DNA of 64,000 bases from Octopus vulgaris (Eukaryota): positions 54,560,001-54,624,000 of the forward strand of contig OX597821.1 of the NCBI GenBank assembly GCA_951406725.2, in the 5' to 3' direction. This document shows, one piece after another, positions 1-10,492 of the stretch (within the stretch, counting starts at the first letter, position 1; each line of letters opens with the position of its first letter). The notes beneath the pieces are model-generated. The model was not told the origin of the DNA. It made no database searches and saw only the letters and a list, made by a program, of their open reading frames with translations. A program made the translations under genes and the position numbers.

Positions 1-600
1 AAAATTACAACTATTAGTGGTTTGTAGTTTAATTACTCTTTCTAGCGAGTCAGATGTCCTGTTATGGCTATCTATTATATGTTTAAATGTACACTGTATT
101 TTTATATGAATAATATATAGTCTATTGACTAGTTTTTCCTTCTCGCTAGACCACTAGTAGAAAAGAATTTTTCTAAATTTTTTTGCTACCCTAAGATTTA
201 TTAATTAATGATAAAAGGATTTTAGCTAATTTTGAAGGAAAATCGGCACTTATATCTGCTGCCAAAAAAACCGCGCATGCATGGTGGATTTTGAAAAGTT
301 ATAACATATAAACACGAGGCATGTTCTTTATCGTCTTGTATTTATATGTTAGCCTTGGCTTCCTGCTGAAGAGAGCTTCGCCTTATCATAAATTATTTTT
401 TTATTTACAAAAGATTGCTTGAAACTATGCATAGTCCAGGAAAAATAGGGTAAATGTTTTTTTTATTTTTCATTCCCTTTCAAAATTACAACTATTAGTG
501 GCTTGTAGTTTAACTACTCTTTCTAGCGAGTCAGATGTCCTGTTATGGCCATCTCTTATGTGATTGAATGTACACTGTATTTTTATATGAATAATATATA
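1..600 (+). repeat. Tandem repeat, period ~481 bp, carrying a hammerhead ribozyme (retrozyme/Penelope pLTR-like)
   Basis: 1-119 recurs at 482-600 with 7 mismatches; the second copy ends in a TA-rich tract; internal hairpin TAACATATAAA/TTTATATGTTA at 302-351. Confidence 0.85.
360..442 (+). ncRNA. Type I hammerhead ribozyme with short palindromic stem III
   Basis: Stem I TTCCTG(360-365)/CAGGAA(437-442); core CTGAAGA(366-372); stem II GAGC/GCTT; GAAA(421-424); stem III CTATGCATAG; GUC cleavage triplet ending at 436. Confidence 0.85.
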
Positions 601-611
601 TACATATACAT

Positions 612-854
612 TTGATGCTTAAAAATTAGTTTTATAGAAACTTCTTTCAAAATTCCTCTTTAGTTTTTCGCACATTAATTTCTGTAGGTTGAACTATGTA
701 AATTGTCAAAGAAAGGAGCTATTTCTTGCAATACATACCAATACATACGTTTAAATACTATTGCGAATCCCCAATTTACTGTTTTATTGTGTGAACCCCA
801 CAAAAACTTATGTTGACCCTCGGGGGGCATACGGCCCCCAGTTGAGAACCACTG
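612..854. mobile_element. hAT-type MITE, right end
   Basis: Ends ...CCCCCAGTTGAGAACCACTG, the reverse complement of a CAGTGGTTCTCAAC terminus; related to 22116-22332; left boundary uncertain. Confidence 0.6.
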
Positions 855-1338
855 CTCTGCTCTTTTTTGCTGATTCCTCTCATTTAACTATGGCCATGCT
901 AGAGCACTGCTTGAAATGATTTTAGTTAGTTATATCAATCCCAGTTTATTTAATTTTAGTATATATCTTTTCAATCTTTAACTGTGAAGTTATAGGCTAC
1001 AAAGGGAAACAACATAAACACAGATATGTTATTAGACTGAGGAAAATAGAAACACACACACACACACAGATGCAAGCACACAGGAACACACATACTGACA
1101 TATATATTGAGTTCATCAGTGTTTCCTTACAAAAAGACCATTTATCCTGGTTGTTCAGCATCCTCTGAACTAGTTTAATAGTGCTGAATAATCGTATTAA
1201 ACAAACTGTTTTTAAGAAAACACTGTTTGTCACTGTTATTGAGATTTTTTTCTGAATTGTAGATTCCTTGGTTGAGTGATGTAGTTTTGCAAATATTAAA
1301 GACGTGAAAGTTAAAATGAGAAAAACTTAAACAACAAG

Positions 1339-1675
1339 CATATGAGTGGCTGTGTGGTAAGTAGCTTGCTTACGAACCGCATGGATCTGGGTTCAGTCCC
1401 ACTGCGTGGCACCTTGGGCAAGTGTCTTCAACTGTATGTATGTGTGTGTGTATACATTTGTGTGTCTGTGTTTGTCCCCTCAACATCACTTGACAACCGA
1501 TGCTGGTGTGTTTACATCCCCGTAACTTAGCGGTTTGGCAAAAAAGACCGATAGAATAAGTACTAGGCTTACCAAGAATAAGTCTTGGGGTTGATTTGCT
1601 CAACTAAAGGCAGTGCTCCAGCATGGCCACACTCAAATGACTGAATCAAGTAAAAGAGTAAAAGAGTAAAGAGTA
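1339..1675 (+). mobile_element. tRNA-like-head SINE, family A (internal microsatellite, GTAAAAGA tail)
   Basis: Head GAGTGGCTGTGTGGTAAG...GGTTCAGTCCC; body close to 46627-47042; tail (GTAAAAGA)n. Confidence 0.85.
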
Positions 1676-1699
1676 ACAAATCAATCAAATTGAATATTT

Positions 1700-1925
1700 T
1701 TTCTTTTATCTCTGACTTGTTCCAGTCATTAGAGAGTGGCCATACTGGAGTACCACCTTGAAGCATTTTAGCTGTGAGAATCAACCTTTTGCTTATTCTA
1801 TTGGTCTCTTATGCCAAACCACTAAGTTATGGGGACATAAACACACCAGCACTGGTTGTCAAGATGTGGTGGGGGTAACAAACACAGATGCAAAGACACA
1901 CATATACATGTGTGGCTGTGTGTGT
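1700..1925 (-). mobile_element. SINE family A, diverged 3' part
   Basis: Reverse-complement similarity to 1450-1660. Confidence 0.7.
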
Positions 1926-2196
1926 GAGAAAATGCATACACTTCTCATTTCATCTTGTTAAACTAGTAATCCCTACATATTTTTTCTCTCTCTCCATTTT
2001 CTCATCCTCTCTCCATTTTTTCATTTGCATCCCTTTCTGTGGAAGAGAGCAGGCTCAAAACATCAAAGACTTTTCCCTTCTGCCTAAGCATCCACCTGCT
2101 TGTTGTTCCCTCACCTGTCTTCATCTTTTGTTTTTTGTAAATTTGAGCTATATATATAGCAGAATAAGAAATAGAATGTCCTTGTGTGACAGTATT

Positions 2197-2338
2197 ATAT
2201 ATTTGCAAAAAAATGAATTGAAATGGCTTTTCTGATAATTTTTTCACTTTGATAATCAAATGTTTATTAAGATATCTGATAAATTTTTAATTATCAAAAT
2301 GAAAAAATTATCAGAAAAGACATTTCAATTCAATTTTT

Positions 2339-2347
<9 letters not shown>
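2197..2347. repeat. ~150-bp near-perfect palindrome
   Basis: Arms ATATATTTG..GAATTGAAATGGCTTTTCTGATAATTTTTTCA.. and its reverse complement, centred on AGATATCT (2270-2277). Confidence 0.85.
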
Positions 2348-2374
<27 letters not shown>

Positions 2375-2520
2375 TTAAAATTATAATTAAGGGTATCTAA
2401 AAGATACCACCATGCAAGAGATAGCAGTCAAAACCTGACTATAAAACCACATCAAGTATTCATACAGTACCAGGAGAAAAAGACAAAGAGACAAATAAAC
2501 TAGCAAAAAATTATTGGATA

Positions 2521-2578
2521 ATCCCAAATCTAGATTTCTGGCTTTGCATAAGAATATACTCTGCTGCTTCAGTGGGAT
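2521..2578 (-). ncRNA. Degenerate type I hammerhead ribozyme
   Basis: Minus strand ATCCCA-CTGAAGC...GCCA-GAAA-TCTAGA-TT-TGGGAT: perfect stem I and palindromic stem III; last core A changed to C; stem II eroded. Confidence 0.6.
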
Positions 2579-2861
2579 ATACACAGATATTACATAATTA
2601 CAAATATATATATGTATGTAATATATATATATATATATATCAATAATAATATAGGGTGAAATTAATTAATTTGGAATAATCATTAATTTCACCAAGTAGA
2701 TTTCAGCATGTAAAAGCCCCCTTCGAGGAAGGTTTAAGTAATACTAAGTAATTAAGGGTTTAGCAACGATTTGCCTCACCACACACCGAATTTAGAAATA
2801 GCAGTCAAAGAGTTATGGCTATATATATATACACATGTACATACATATATATACGTGTGTG

Positions 2862-2899
<38 letters not shown>

Positions 2900-3055
2900 A
2901 TGGGCTTCTTTCAGTTTCTGTCTACCACATCCATTCACAAGGCTTTGGTCAGTCAAGGGCTATAGCAGAACACAATTGCCCAAAGTGTCATGCAGTGAGA
3001 CTGAACACTGAGCCATGTAGTTGGGAAGAAAACTTCTTACCACACAGCTAAGCCC
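2900..3055 (-). mobile_element. SINE family A, 5' part
   Basis: Reverse-complement match to the head at 46627-46790. Confidence 0.7.
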
Positions 3056-3079
3056 ACAAAAATTATATAATGCTCTTCA

Positions 3080-3282
3080 TTCCATTTCACTTATTTTTCT
3101 AGTAGTAAAAAAAACAGAAAAAATAGAACAGATTCTTAGCATGATATTTCTCTCCCTTACAGAAAAAAAAATAGTGTAAAAAAACATTCTCTCTCTTTCC
3201 ATCTCTTTTATCATGTAAGAATCCCCAAACTCCATTATAACATTATCACAGCAATGATTTTACCATTTATTGCATATATCTG
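3080..3282 (+). repeat. ~200-bp dispersed direct repeat, copy 1 (copy 2 at 5512-5703)
   Basis: Shared AACAGATTCTTA, CATGTAAGAA, TCCATTATAACATTAT and TTTTACCATTTATTGCAT blocks in the same order. Confidence 0.75.
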
Positions 3283-3967
3283 TTTCAAAGTCATATTTTA
3301 AGGATAGATATGCTTTGAACTTAATCATTATTTCGATCTATGATAGTATATTGTGCAACGTGATAAACCTATCATACAGGGTGGGTAAAAAAAGACATAC
3401 ACCAAAACATTTGTTGTTTTATGTTATTATTCATTTCATTTATCATGTACAAGTACATTAATATTCATCATTATTTTATATTTTATTCAATTTTAGAAAA
3501 TTTCAAAGTACATCAGACTTATTTTGTGCATGACGTTTTTTTGGCTCCTCTGTATTTTATTGGCCACAGAAGCCTTAAATTGCAGAATGCTTTCATGAGC
3601 AGGTCCATCACATAAAAAGTATATGCATTTACTTACACACACATGCACGCAGATACACGTACATGCACACACACACACATGCACATACATATATATATAT
3701 ATACACACATATCACACACATAACCTTGATCAATATTACTATTCTGCTCTTAGTATTGAGTACTTTGTAGCTGTTGTTTGCTTGTATTGTTATTATTATT
3801 AATATTTTGGGGTGAGCTTTGCCCTTCAATCTTTCAAGGTTGATAAAACCAGTACCAGTTCAGCAATGGGGCCAGTGAAAATGCCTATACTCCTCTCCAG
3901 AAATTTCAAACCTTGTGCCTAATAACAGCAAGGATTATTATTATCATTATCATTAACATTATTATTT

Positions 3968-4404
3968 CTCTTTATCACAGGTTTTGTAAGAGCTTCTTGA
4001 GTCTTGCATGCATAGTGGATTTACTACCTGCAACCTATGGTACCATGCTATTCATTCTTTTCAGCTATCTAATACTTTCATGATTATTCTGGCCGTGCCA
4101 AGGAGGCAAACCTTTTGTAACAGTTCTATTGGGCACTCTATTACAATTCCCTTTATATTCCACTTGATGCCTTCTAATACTGTTCCCAAGGACCCAACAA
4201 CAATTGGTACTATCTTCATCTTCTTCCTTTTCCATAGCCAGGCTATTTCATACTTAACTGGGTTGTATCTGTCTATCTTTTAGTCTTCCTTCTTAACTAT
4301 TTGTGGGTCAAAGGGACATGCAACATCAACTATATAACATATGTGGTGCACCTTGTGCACCACCAGTAGGCCCAATCTGCTATGCTCTAGCACCTGATTT
4401 GTTT

Positions 4405-4405
<1 letters not shown>
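3968..4405 (-). mobile_element. R4/Dong-like non-LTR retrotransposon 3' fragment (restriction-like endonuclease C-terminus)
   Basis: Minus strand reads ..YIVDVACPFD..KIDRYNPVKYEIAWLW..IVPIVVGSLGTV..ELLQKVCLLGTARIIMKVL*; ends at an (AAT)n tract. Confidence 0.8.
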
Positions 4406-4434
<29 letters not shown>

Positions 4435-4435
<1 letters not shown>

Positions 4436-5150
4436 AAATGGACAAAATGTTTAGTGACATTTTGTCCATATTTATATTTTGAGTTCAAATTCTGCCAAAG
4501 TCAGCTTAACCTTTCATCCTTTTAGGGTCGATAAAATAAGTACCAGTTGTGTACTGGGGTCGATGTAATCAACTATCCCCTGCCACCAAATTTCAGGTCT
4601 TGTGCCTATAGTAGAAAGGATATCAGAGTGGTTGGCACTACACTCTTGAAGTGGTTGGCGTTAGGAAGGGCATCCAGCTGTAGAAACTCTGCCAGATCAG
4701 ATTGGAGCCTGGTGCAGTTATCTGGCTCACCAGTCCTCAGTCAAACAATCCAACCCATGCCAGCATGGAAAGCAGACGTTAAACGATTATTATTATTATT
4801 ATAAAGTGGAGAGCTGACAGAATCATTAGTACACTGAGCAAAATGCTTTTGAGTTCAAATTCCCTCAAAGTCAACTTTCTCTTTTATCCTTTTGCAGTCG
4901 ATAAATTAAGTGCCAGTGAAATGCTGGAGTCGATGTGATTGCCTAGTCCCCACCTCCAAATTTATGTGCCTATAATAGAAAGGATTATTATTGTTAGTAG
5001 TAGTAGTTGTAAATTCTGCTGGGGTCGACATTACCTTTTGTCCTTTCAGGGTTGATAAAATAAGCACCAGTCAAGCACTGGGATCAATTTATTCGACTAG
5101 CCACTTCCCCCCAAATTTCAGGCCATGTGCCTATAATAGAAAGGATTATT
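4435..5150 (+). mobile_element. Cluster of SINE family B copies (GAGTTCAAATTC B box, (ATT)n tail) plus one RTE-type tail at ~4637-4800
   Basis: Repeated GAGTTCAAATTC..CCTTTCATCCTTT..GTCGATAAAATAAGTACCAG..AAATTTCAGG..TGTGCCTATA..AGAAAGGATTATT units; other copies near 3825, 12655 and 23033 (-). Confidence 0.75.
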
Positions 5151-5159
5151 ATCATTATA

Positions 5160-5490
5160 TCTTGATTTGACTCAGGTTTGTTCTTATTCCTGGAAGAATT
5201 TATGTGGGTAGTGGGTTACTAGATGTAACCTTAGATACCTACAAGCTTTTATTAATCCTTCAAGTACTCAAAACTCTTCTGGTAATCTTTCCTGTCCCTA
5301 AGAAGAAAACTTTCTGAAGAAGCTCTACAAGACATTCTATTCTAATCTCCTTCAATCATTTGTCTGTATCGTTATTCACAGTTCCTAATTCACCATTTAT
5401 TGCAGGCACAACCTTTACAGTTTTCATATTCTAAATTTTCGCAATTTCAAATTTTAAGGGATTATATTTTTTAATTTTTCATTTTCTCTC
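5160..5490 (-). mobile_element. R4/Dong-like LINE 3' fragment
   Basis: Minus strand KYNPLKFEIAKI*NMKTVKVVPAINGELGTV..ELLQKVFFLGTGKITRRVLST*. Confidence 0.75.
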
Positions 5491-5719
5491 TTTACATTTT
5501 TGTTTAAATTCTTCCATTTATTTCTCTAGCAGTAAAAGAATACAACAGATTCTTAATATGATTTCTCACTCTTGCAAAAAAAATAAAATAAATAAAAGTG
5601 AAAAGTAATCTCTCTCTTTTTCTCTCTTTTCCCATGTAAGAACTGCCAAATTCCATTATAACATTATAACATCATTGATTTTTACCATTTATTGCATGTC
5701 TGTATATCAAACTGATTCT

Positions 5720-7230
5720 GCTATGGTGAGGTGATGGTTGCATTAGTGATTACCAACCAGAAGAGGATCCTTATGAAAGGGGCCACAAAATGTTAATTAA
5801 GCATCACCTGGGAATCCTGGAGGAGCTAGCTGCTGAGTTTGGCCTGAAGCTGCAAGTAATTTTTGTGCCTTTGGAAAAAAAAATAAGGTGGATGCTCTAA
5901 CCAGGTTACAAAAAAGCACTAGTTGGAAATGACAGAGGATGTTCTGAGTGGAGTGACTGCAACATGTTGGTTGGAGGGCTGAGAACTGAGGAGGCTGTAC
6001 AACATGCACCACATGGGAGCCAACAGGACTTTGCTTTTGGCCAGGATAATTGACTCTGGTGTCACCAGGGAGAGCGTTTGGAAGGTTGTTGGGAATTGTG
6101 ACAGGTGTCAGTCCATCAACCCTGTGCCAAAACAGGTGAGATTCAAGTGAAGGAATACTGAAAGAGGCTAGCAATAGATGTGACATGCTATTGGGGAAGG
6201 TTATGCCTTTCAATAGTTGACTGTGGACCAGAATGAATAGTAATATGGAGAGAAATTAGGACAGAGACTGCAGCCAAATTTGCAGAGGTTCTGAATGTAG
6301 TATTCTTGGAAAGTGGACCAGAAGATGAGCTTTTGATGGCCAACAGCACAGCTTTTTGTTCAGAGCAGAAGAAATAGATGCTTAAAAGGTGGAACATCAG
6401 ACATTATTTCAGAGCTGCAAACAGGCTCAGTGAAAATAGGAATGTGGAACAACACCATCACACAATCAAAGCCATGGCTGAGAGGGAGCAAATCTCCACC
6501 ACTGAGGTAGTCTTTTGGTACAATATGTTGCCTAGGATAGAAGAAACTGAAGAGTCGATTCCACAAACAGTCATATTCTGGTATGAATGGAGACACCCAA
6601 ACATGGCTCCAGAGCAGCCAGAAATGGAAGGGATCGTGTCTGTACAAAGCAAACTGTGGGTGAAGCCCTCTAATGAACAGTGCACAAGGCAAAGGGAGGA
6701 AGGAAGGATGACCACAATCAGTATTGTGAATAGTATACTAGTGGACAGAATGTCATGTCCTATCTTGGACGTTTGGAGGGTGGTTAGTTCCTCTGATGAT
6801 GAAGGGGAGGGAGAGGTTGATGCCATGACCCCATGATGATCACAAAAGGAACATTACCCACCTAGGTGGATGGATGATTTTGAAACAGAATAGAGGGACA
6901 GTGTTCTTTAGATCAGGTGGGGTAGAGGAATGAAAGGAGGTGCCAGAAGTAAGGTGGGAAAAGTAACAACAGGACTGAAAATGAAGGGAAATGACACCAT
7001 GTGAAGAAGCTGAGTGTTTGGACAGCTTCTTTCTCACCAGGGCATCAAGTATGACAGATGCATGGGGGAGATCATTTTAGAGAGAGTAGTTCTTTCTGGC
7101 CAGAGGTTTGGGTAGAGTTCACATGTGAGTATGATTATTAAGTTCCACTAGTTCCCATGACTCGAAGTCTAGATAAACCGTTGATGGTCATATCTTGAGG
7201 TAAGAGAGACCTTATTTTTTTGCCTTACGT
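5720..7230 (+). mobile_element. Decayed Ty3/Gypsy pol remnant (RNase H end and integrase)
   Basis: Frameshifted reading ..LQVIFVP..NKVDALTR..HHMGANRT..VVGNCDRCQSINP (integrase HHCC) followed by core ..ELLMANSTAF..HYFRAANRLSENRNVEQHH. Confidence 0.75.
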
Positions 7231-7919
7231 CTCCATACCAAACAAAATGGTTAGTGACATTTCTTCCAGCTTTACTTTCTGAGTTCAAATTCCAGCCTTT
7301 TATCAGCTTTTACCTCTATCAAATCCATCTTAATGACTTGTTCTTATGTGATTATAATTAGCAATTAGATTTTTTGTTTCAGGTTTCCCCCTCTATCAGC
7401 CATAACTAGCATTCTTTACATCCATCAGTCTAAATTTGTGGCATGAGCTGCTCATCAGTGCCATCTTAAGATATGGGTACACTGGGTAGTTGTCCAGAGG
7501 CCTCATGAATCTAGGGACCCCCTGTCCTGATCTACGTATGCTGCGAAAAGTGAGGGTGGAGAGGAAGATCCTTTCTTTCAACAAACTGGTGGAAGTGGTT
7601 AGAATGAATGCAACTACTCTAAGCATGCATCTAAAGATTAGATAACAGTAGTTAGGTGAGGGATCATGCCTTGGTAGCTTGAGCGACCTTCAGTTTGTAG
7701 GATTCCTTAACTGACTTACTGTAGGCTCTCCTTTAAAAGAAGGACTGTGCCGTTCATGTATTTAAATATTTTGTATAAAATTCATACTTTTTATCTCATT
7801 TCTTCCCCTCCCTTGTCCCTTTTCTTCTTCATTTCTATGTACCCCTTCACACAAATTTAAAGCTGTCCCTATAATGCCCCTTCATTACAAGCAAGTAAAA
7901 GTTATTATTATTACTACTA

Positions 7920-8677
7920 TTTTGGCTTTGGCTCAAGTCTGGTCTTGTTTCTCGTAGGATTTATGTGGGTAGCAGGTTACTATCTGTAACTTAGGTATCC
8001 ACAAGTTTCCAGCAGTCTTTTAAGTGCTTAGGACCCTCCTGATAATCCTAACTGTCTCTAGGAGGCAGACATTCTATTTCAATCTCCTTCAGCCATTTGT
8101 CTATATTATTATTATTATCACTGCCTTTGCACAGCTTCTAACGCTGGAGATGTACTACAGTGTCAGCTGTTCACTACAAGTGAACTAAGGTAACACCTCA
8201 TATTTTTCGAGCATCTTCCAGAGTATTTGAGCAGTTCCAAGCAGTGCTCTGTTTTCTGCAAGTGCTCCACCATTATTACAGCCCTTATTTGTTCCCTAAT
8301 ACTTCACGTATGATTATTATTATTTTTTGTTCTTCTTTCTTCAAATTTTCTTCCATTTCTCGATGAGTATCTTTCATACACCTGGGGCAGAGAAGCTCAT
8401 TGTATGCATTCCCAGATTACACATGCAAATTCACAGGTAAAATATGTATTTAAAAAAATTGATAAATAAATAAATTCATGAATGGATGTTGTTTTCACAG
8501 CAATAATACTCTTCTCAGTACATGAGTCGTTCCAGTTAACACTATTTTTTGCACTTCCTGTAGGAGTGGTAAGCCTGGTATCATTTTCAAATAGGTTTCA
8601 GTACCTTTTTTTTTATCATTCCTAGAGATCCTACAATCACTGGTACTGTAGTCGCCTTAAGATGCCACATTTTTTTC
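7920..8677 (-). mobile_element. Three stacked R4/Dong-like LINE 3' fragments in (TTA)n tracts
   Basis: 8500-8677 minus strand: KMWHLKATTVPVIVGSLGMIKK..LQEVQKIVLTGTTHVLRRVLLL*; related ends at 7920-8100 and 8120-8310, each bounded by TTA repeats. Confidence 0.75.
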
Positions 8678-8697
8678 ATTTTTTATTGCTGCTGTTG

Positions 8698-8728
<31 letters not shown>

Positions 8729-9519
8729 CAATATTATTCATCGCATATTTGTGTGGTGTATGTATTTGTATATGAGTATTTGTATACAAATACATAGATT
8801 TCACACACACGTGTGCGCGCATACACACACACACACGGCAATGATATTTTTCAAGCTGGTAAGAATTCAATAATTTATCCATTGACTTAGCTATTTGTTG
8901 TAAATATTTTCTCTTTGATGCTGTTCCAATTTATCGACCACTGCATTCATCTATTTTCACATATACATAAACCAGAGTAGTGTAGCTTGCCTAAGGACAA
9001 TATCAAACAAAAACAAAATACCTTTCATAATGTTTATTTTATATATTAGAAAAAAAAAAAGATCTCAAACAAAAATACGTACACCAACAATCAAATCATG
9101 AAATTCCTCATAAACAACCAGAAATCTAGTTTGTATTATTAAATCATTTGAATGAATATATATAACTTGCTCATCTTTACATATCTGATAACGTTTTGTC
9201 TTTTATTTTATTTGATATCAATATTCCAAGTTGTTGTGTGTAATATATTTGATTAGGAATTCATTGTCTTGCCTAGTTGTGTGACTTCTCTAAAAATAAT
9301 GAGAGAAATGGTAGGAATATTATTTTTCACATAGATTGAGAGATTAATATGACTTGAGTCACTGACAAATTTGCAACATGATAGCCCTTTCTGTCAGAAA
9401 TAGCAGTTACATCACCCTTCAGTCATATTCAAGCATCTTATATAAAGAAGAGTAAATTAGACAATGCTGTTTGATGTAAATAAACAAAGAAAAGTGGAGT
9501 GGTCATGGCTGGAATACCT

Positions 9520-9739
9520 TTAACCCATTAGCATTTAAACCAACTATATCAGACCCAAATAGTTACCTATTATATGTTAAAAATGGCTAGGTCAAGCCTC
9601 TCACACTTACCCTATAATGTCATTCTAAAAACAAGCAATCACATCATTGAAATCTCAAAGCTATGAAGTAATCTTTATAAATTAAAATGTGAGTAAAAAC
9701 ATTAATTTTGACAGAGTAATCTGAATGCTAAAGGGTCAA
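9520..9739. mobile_element. piggyBac-type MITE
   Basis: TTAA-CCCATTAGCATT ... AATGCTAAAGGG-TCAA termini. Confidence 0.7.
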
Positions 9740-9764
9740 ATATGGATTTTCTGATTGAAGGCTA

Positions 9765-10003
9765 CTCCCACATTTTGCGGTGCAGTTTAACCAAAGCGGG
9801 TATGTTATAGTCGTGATTCTTATCGAGCCCTACTGGGTATTAGTGTGCATCTACGATGAGTCTACGATTTAAAAAAAAATTACCATAATTTTTTCCCATT
9901 TTAATGCATATTTTTTGCTATTATATAAGGGAAGTAACTCTCTAAAAATGCTTATGTAGTTATTTCCCTTACAAACCTGAGCAACGCCAGGCGATACTGC
10001 TTG
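9765..10003 (+). mobile_element. Non-autonomous Helitron 3' fragment
   Basis: Ends ACAAACCTGAGCAACGCCAGGCGATACTGCTTG, a decayed form of the hairpin+CTAG end at 16929-16960 (-). Confidence 0.7.
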
Positions 10004-10265
10004 GAGATGATAAATTAAAAATGAGTAAATAAGCATTAATTTTGACAGAGTAATCTGAATGCTAAAGGGTCAAATATGGATTTTCTGATTGAAGGCTAAC
10101 ATGGAGCAAAACAATAACAACATGTAAAACTACATGAGCAGTATTTCTCTCAGCTTAAAACATTTGTACTCAGAGCCAGAGTGAGTTTCAGCTGGGTTGG
10201 TAATGAAAGGGTTAAGCACTGGAAAGCATTTAGTCAAGGAATTAACATTTGCAACAAAGTTTCAA

Positions 10266-10492
10266 TTAACCCTTTAGTTACTGTATTTATTTTGAGATGC
10301 TCTGTGTTTCTTTCAATTACTTTAGATATAACAAAAAATTAGTAAAATAACTTAGTTATCATTCAGCTAGTATTAGGAACATAAATTGTGACTAAGATTT
10401 GGTGGAAGATTTTAATTCAAAACTTATGAAAACAAGACATTTGTACTCAGAGCCAGAGTGAGTTTCAGCCAGGTTGGTAATGAAAGGGTTAA
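10266..10492. mobile_element. piggyBac-type MITE (right end also duplicated at ~10160-10215)
   Basis: TTAA-CCCTTT ... AAAGGG-TTAA termini. Confidence 0.75.

Noticed and set aside
7380-7465. Minus-strand CTGATGA with a downstream GAAA
   Set aside because: GAAA does not follow stem II, and stems I and III do not form
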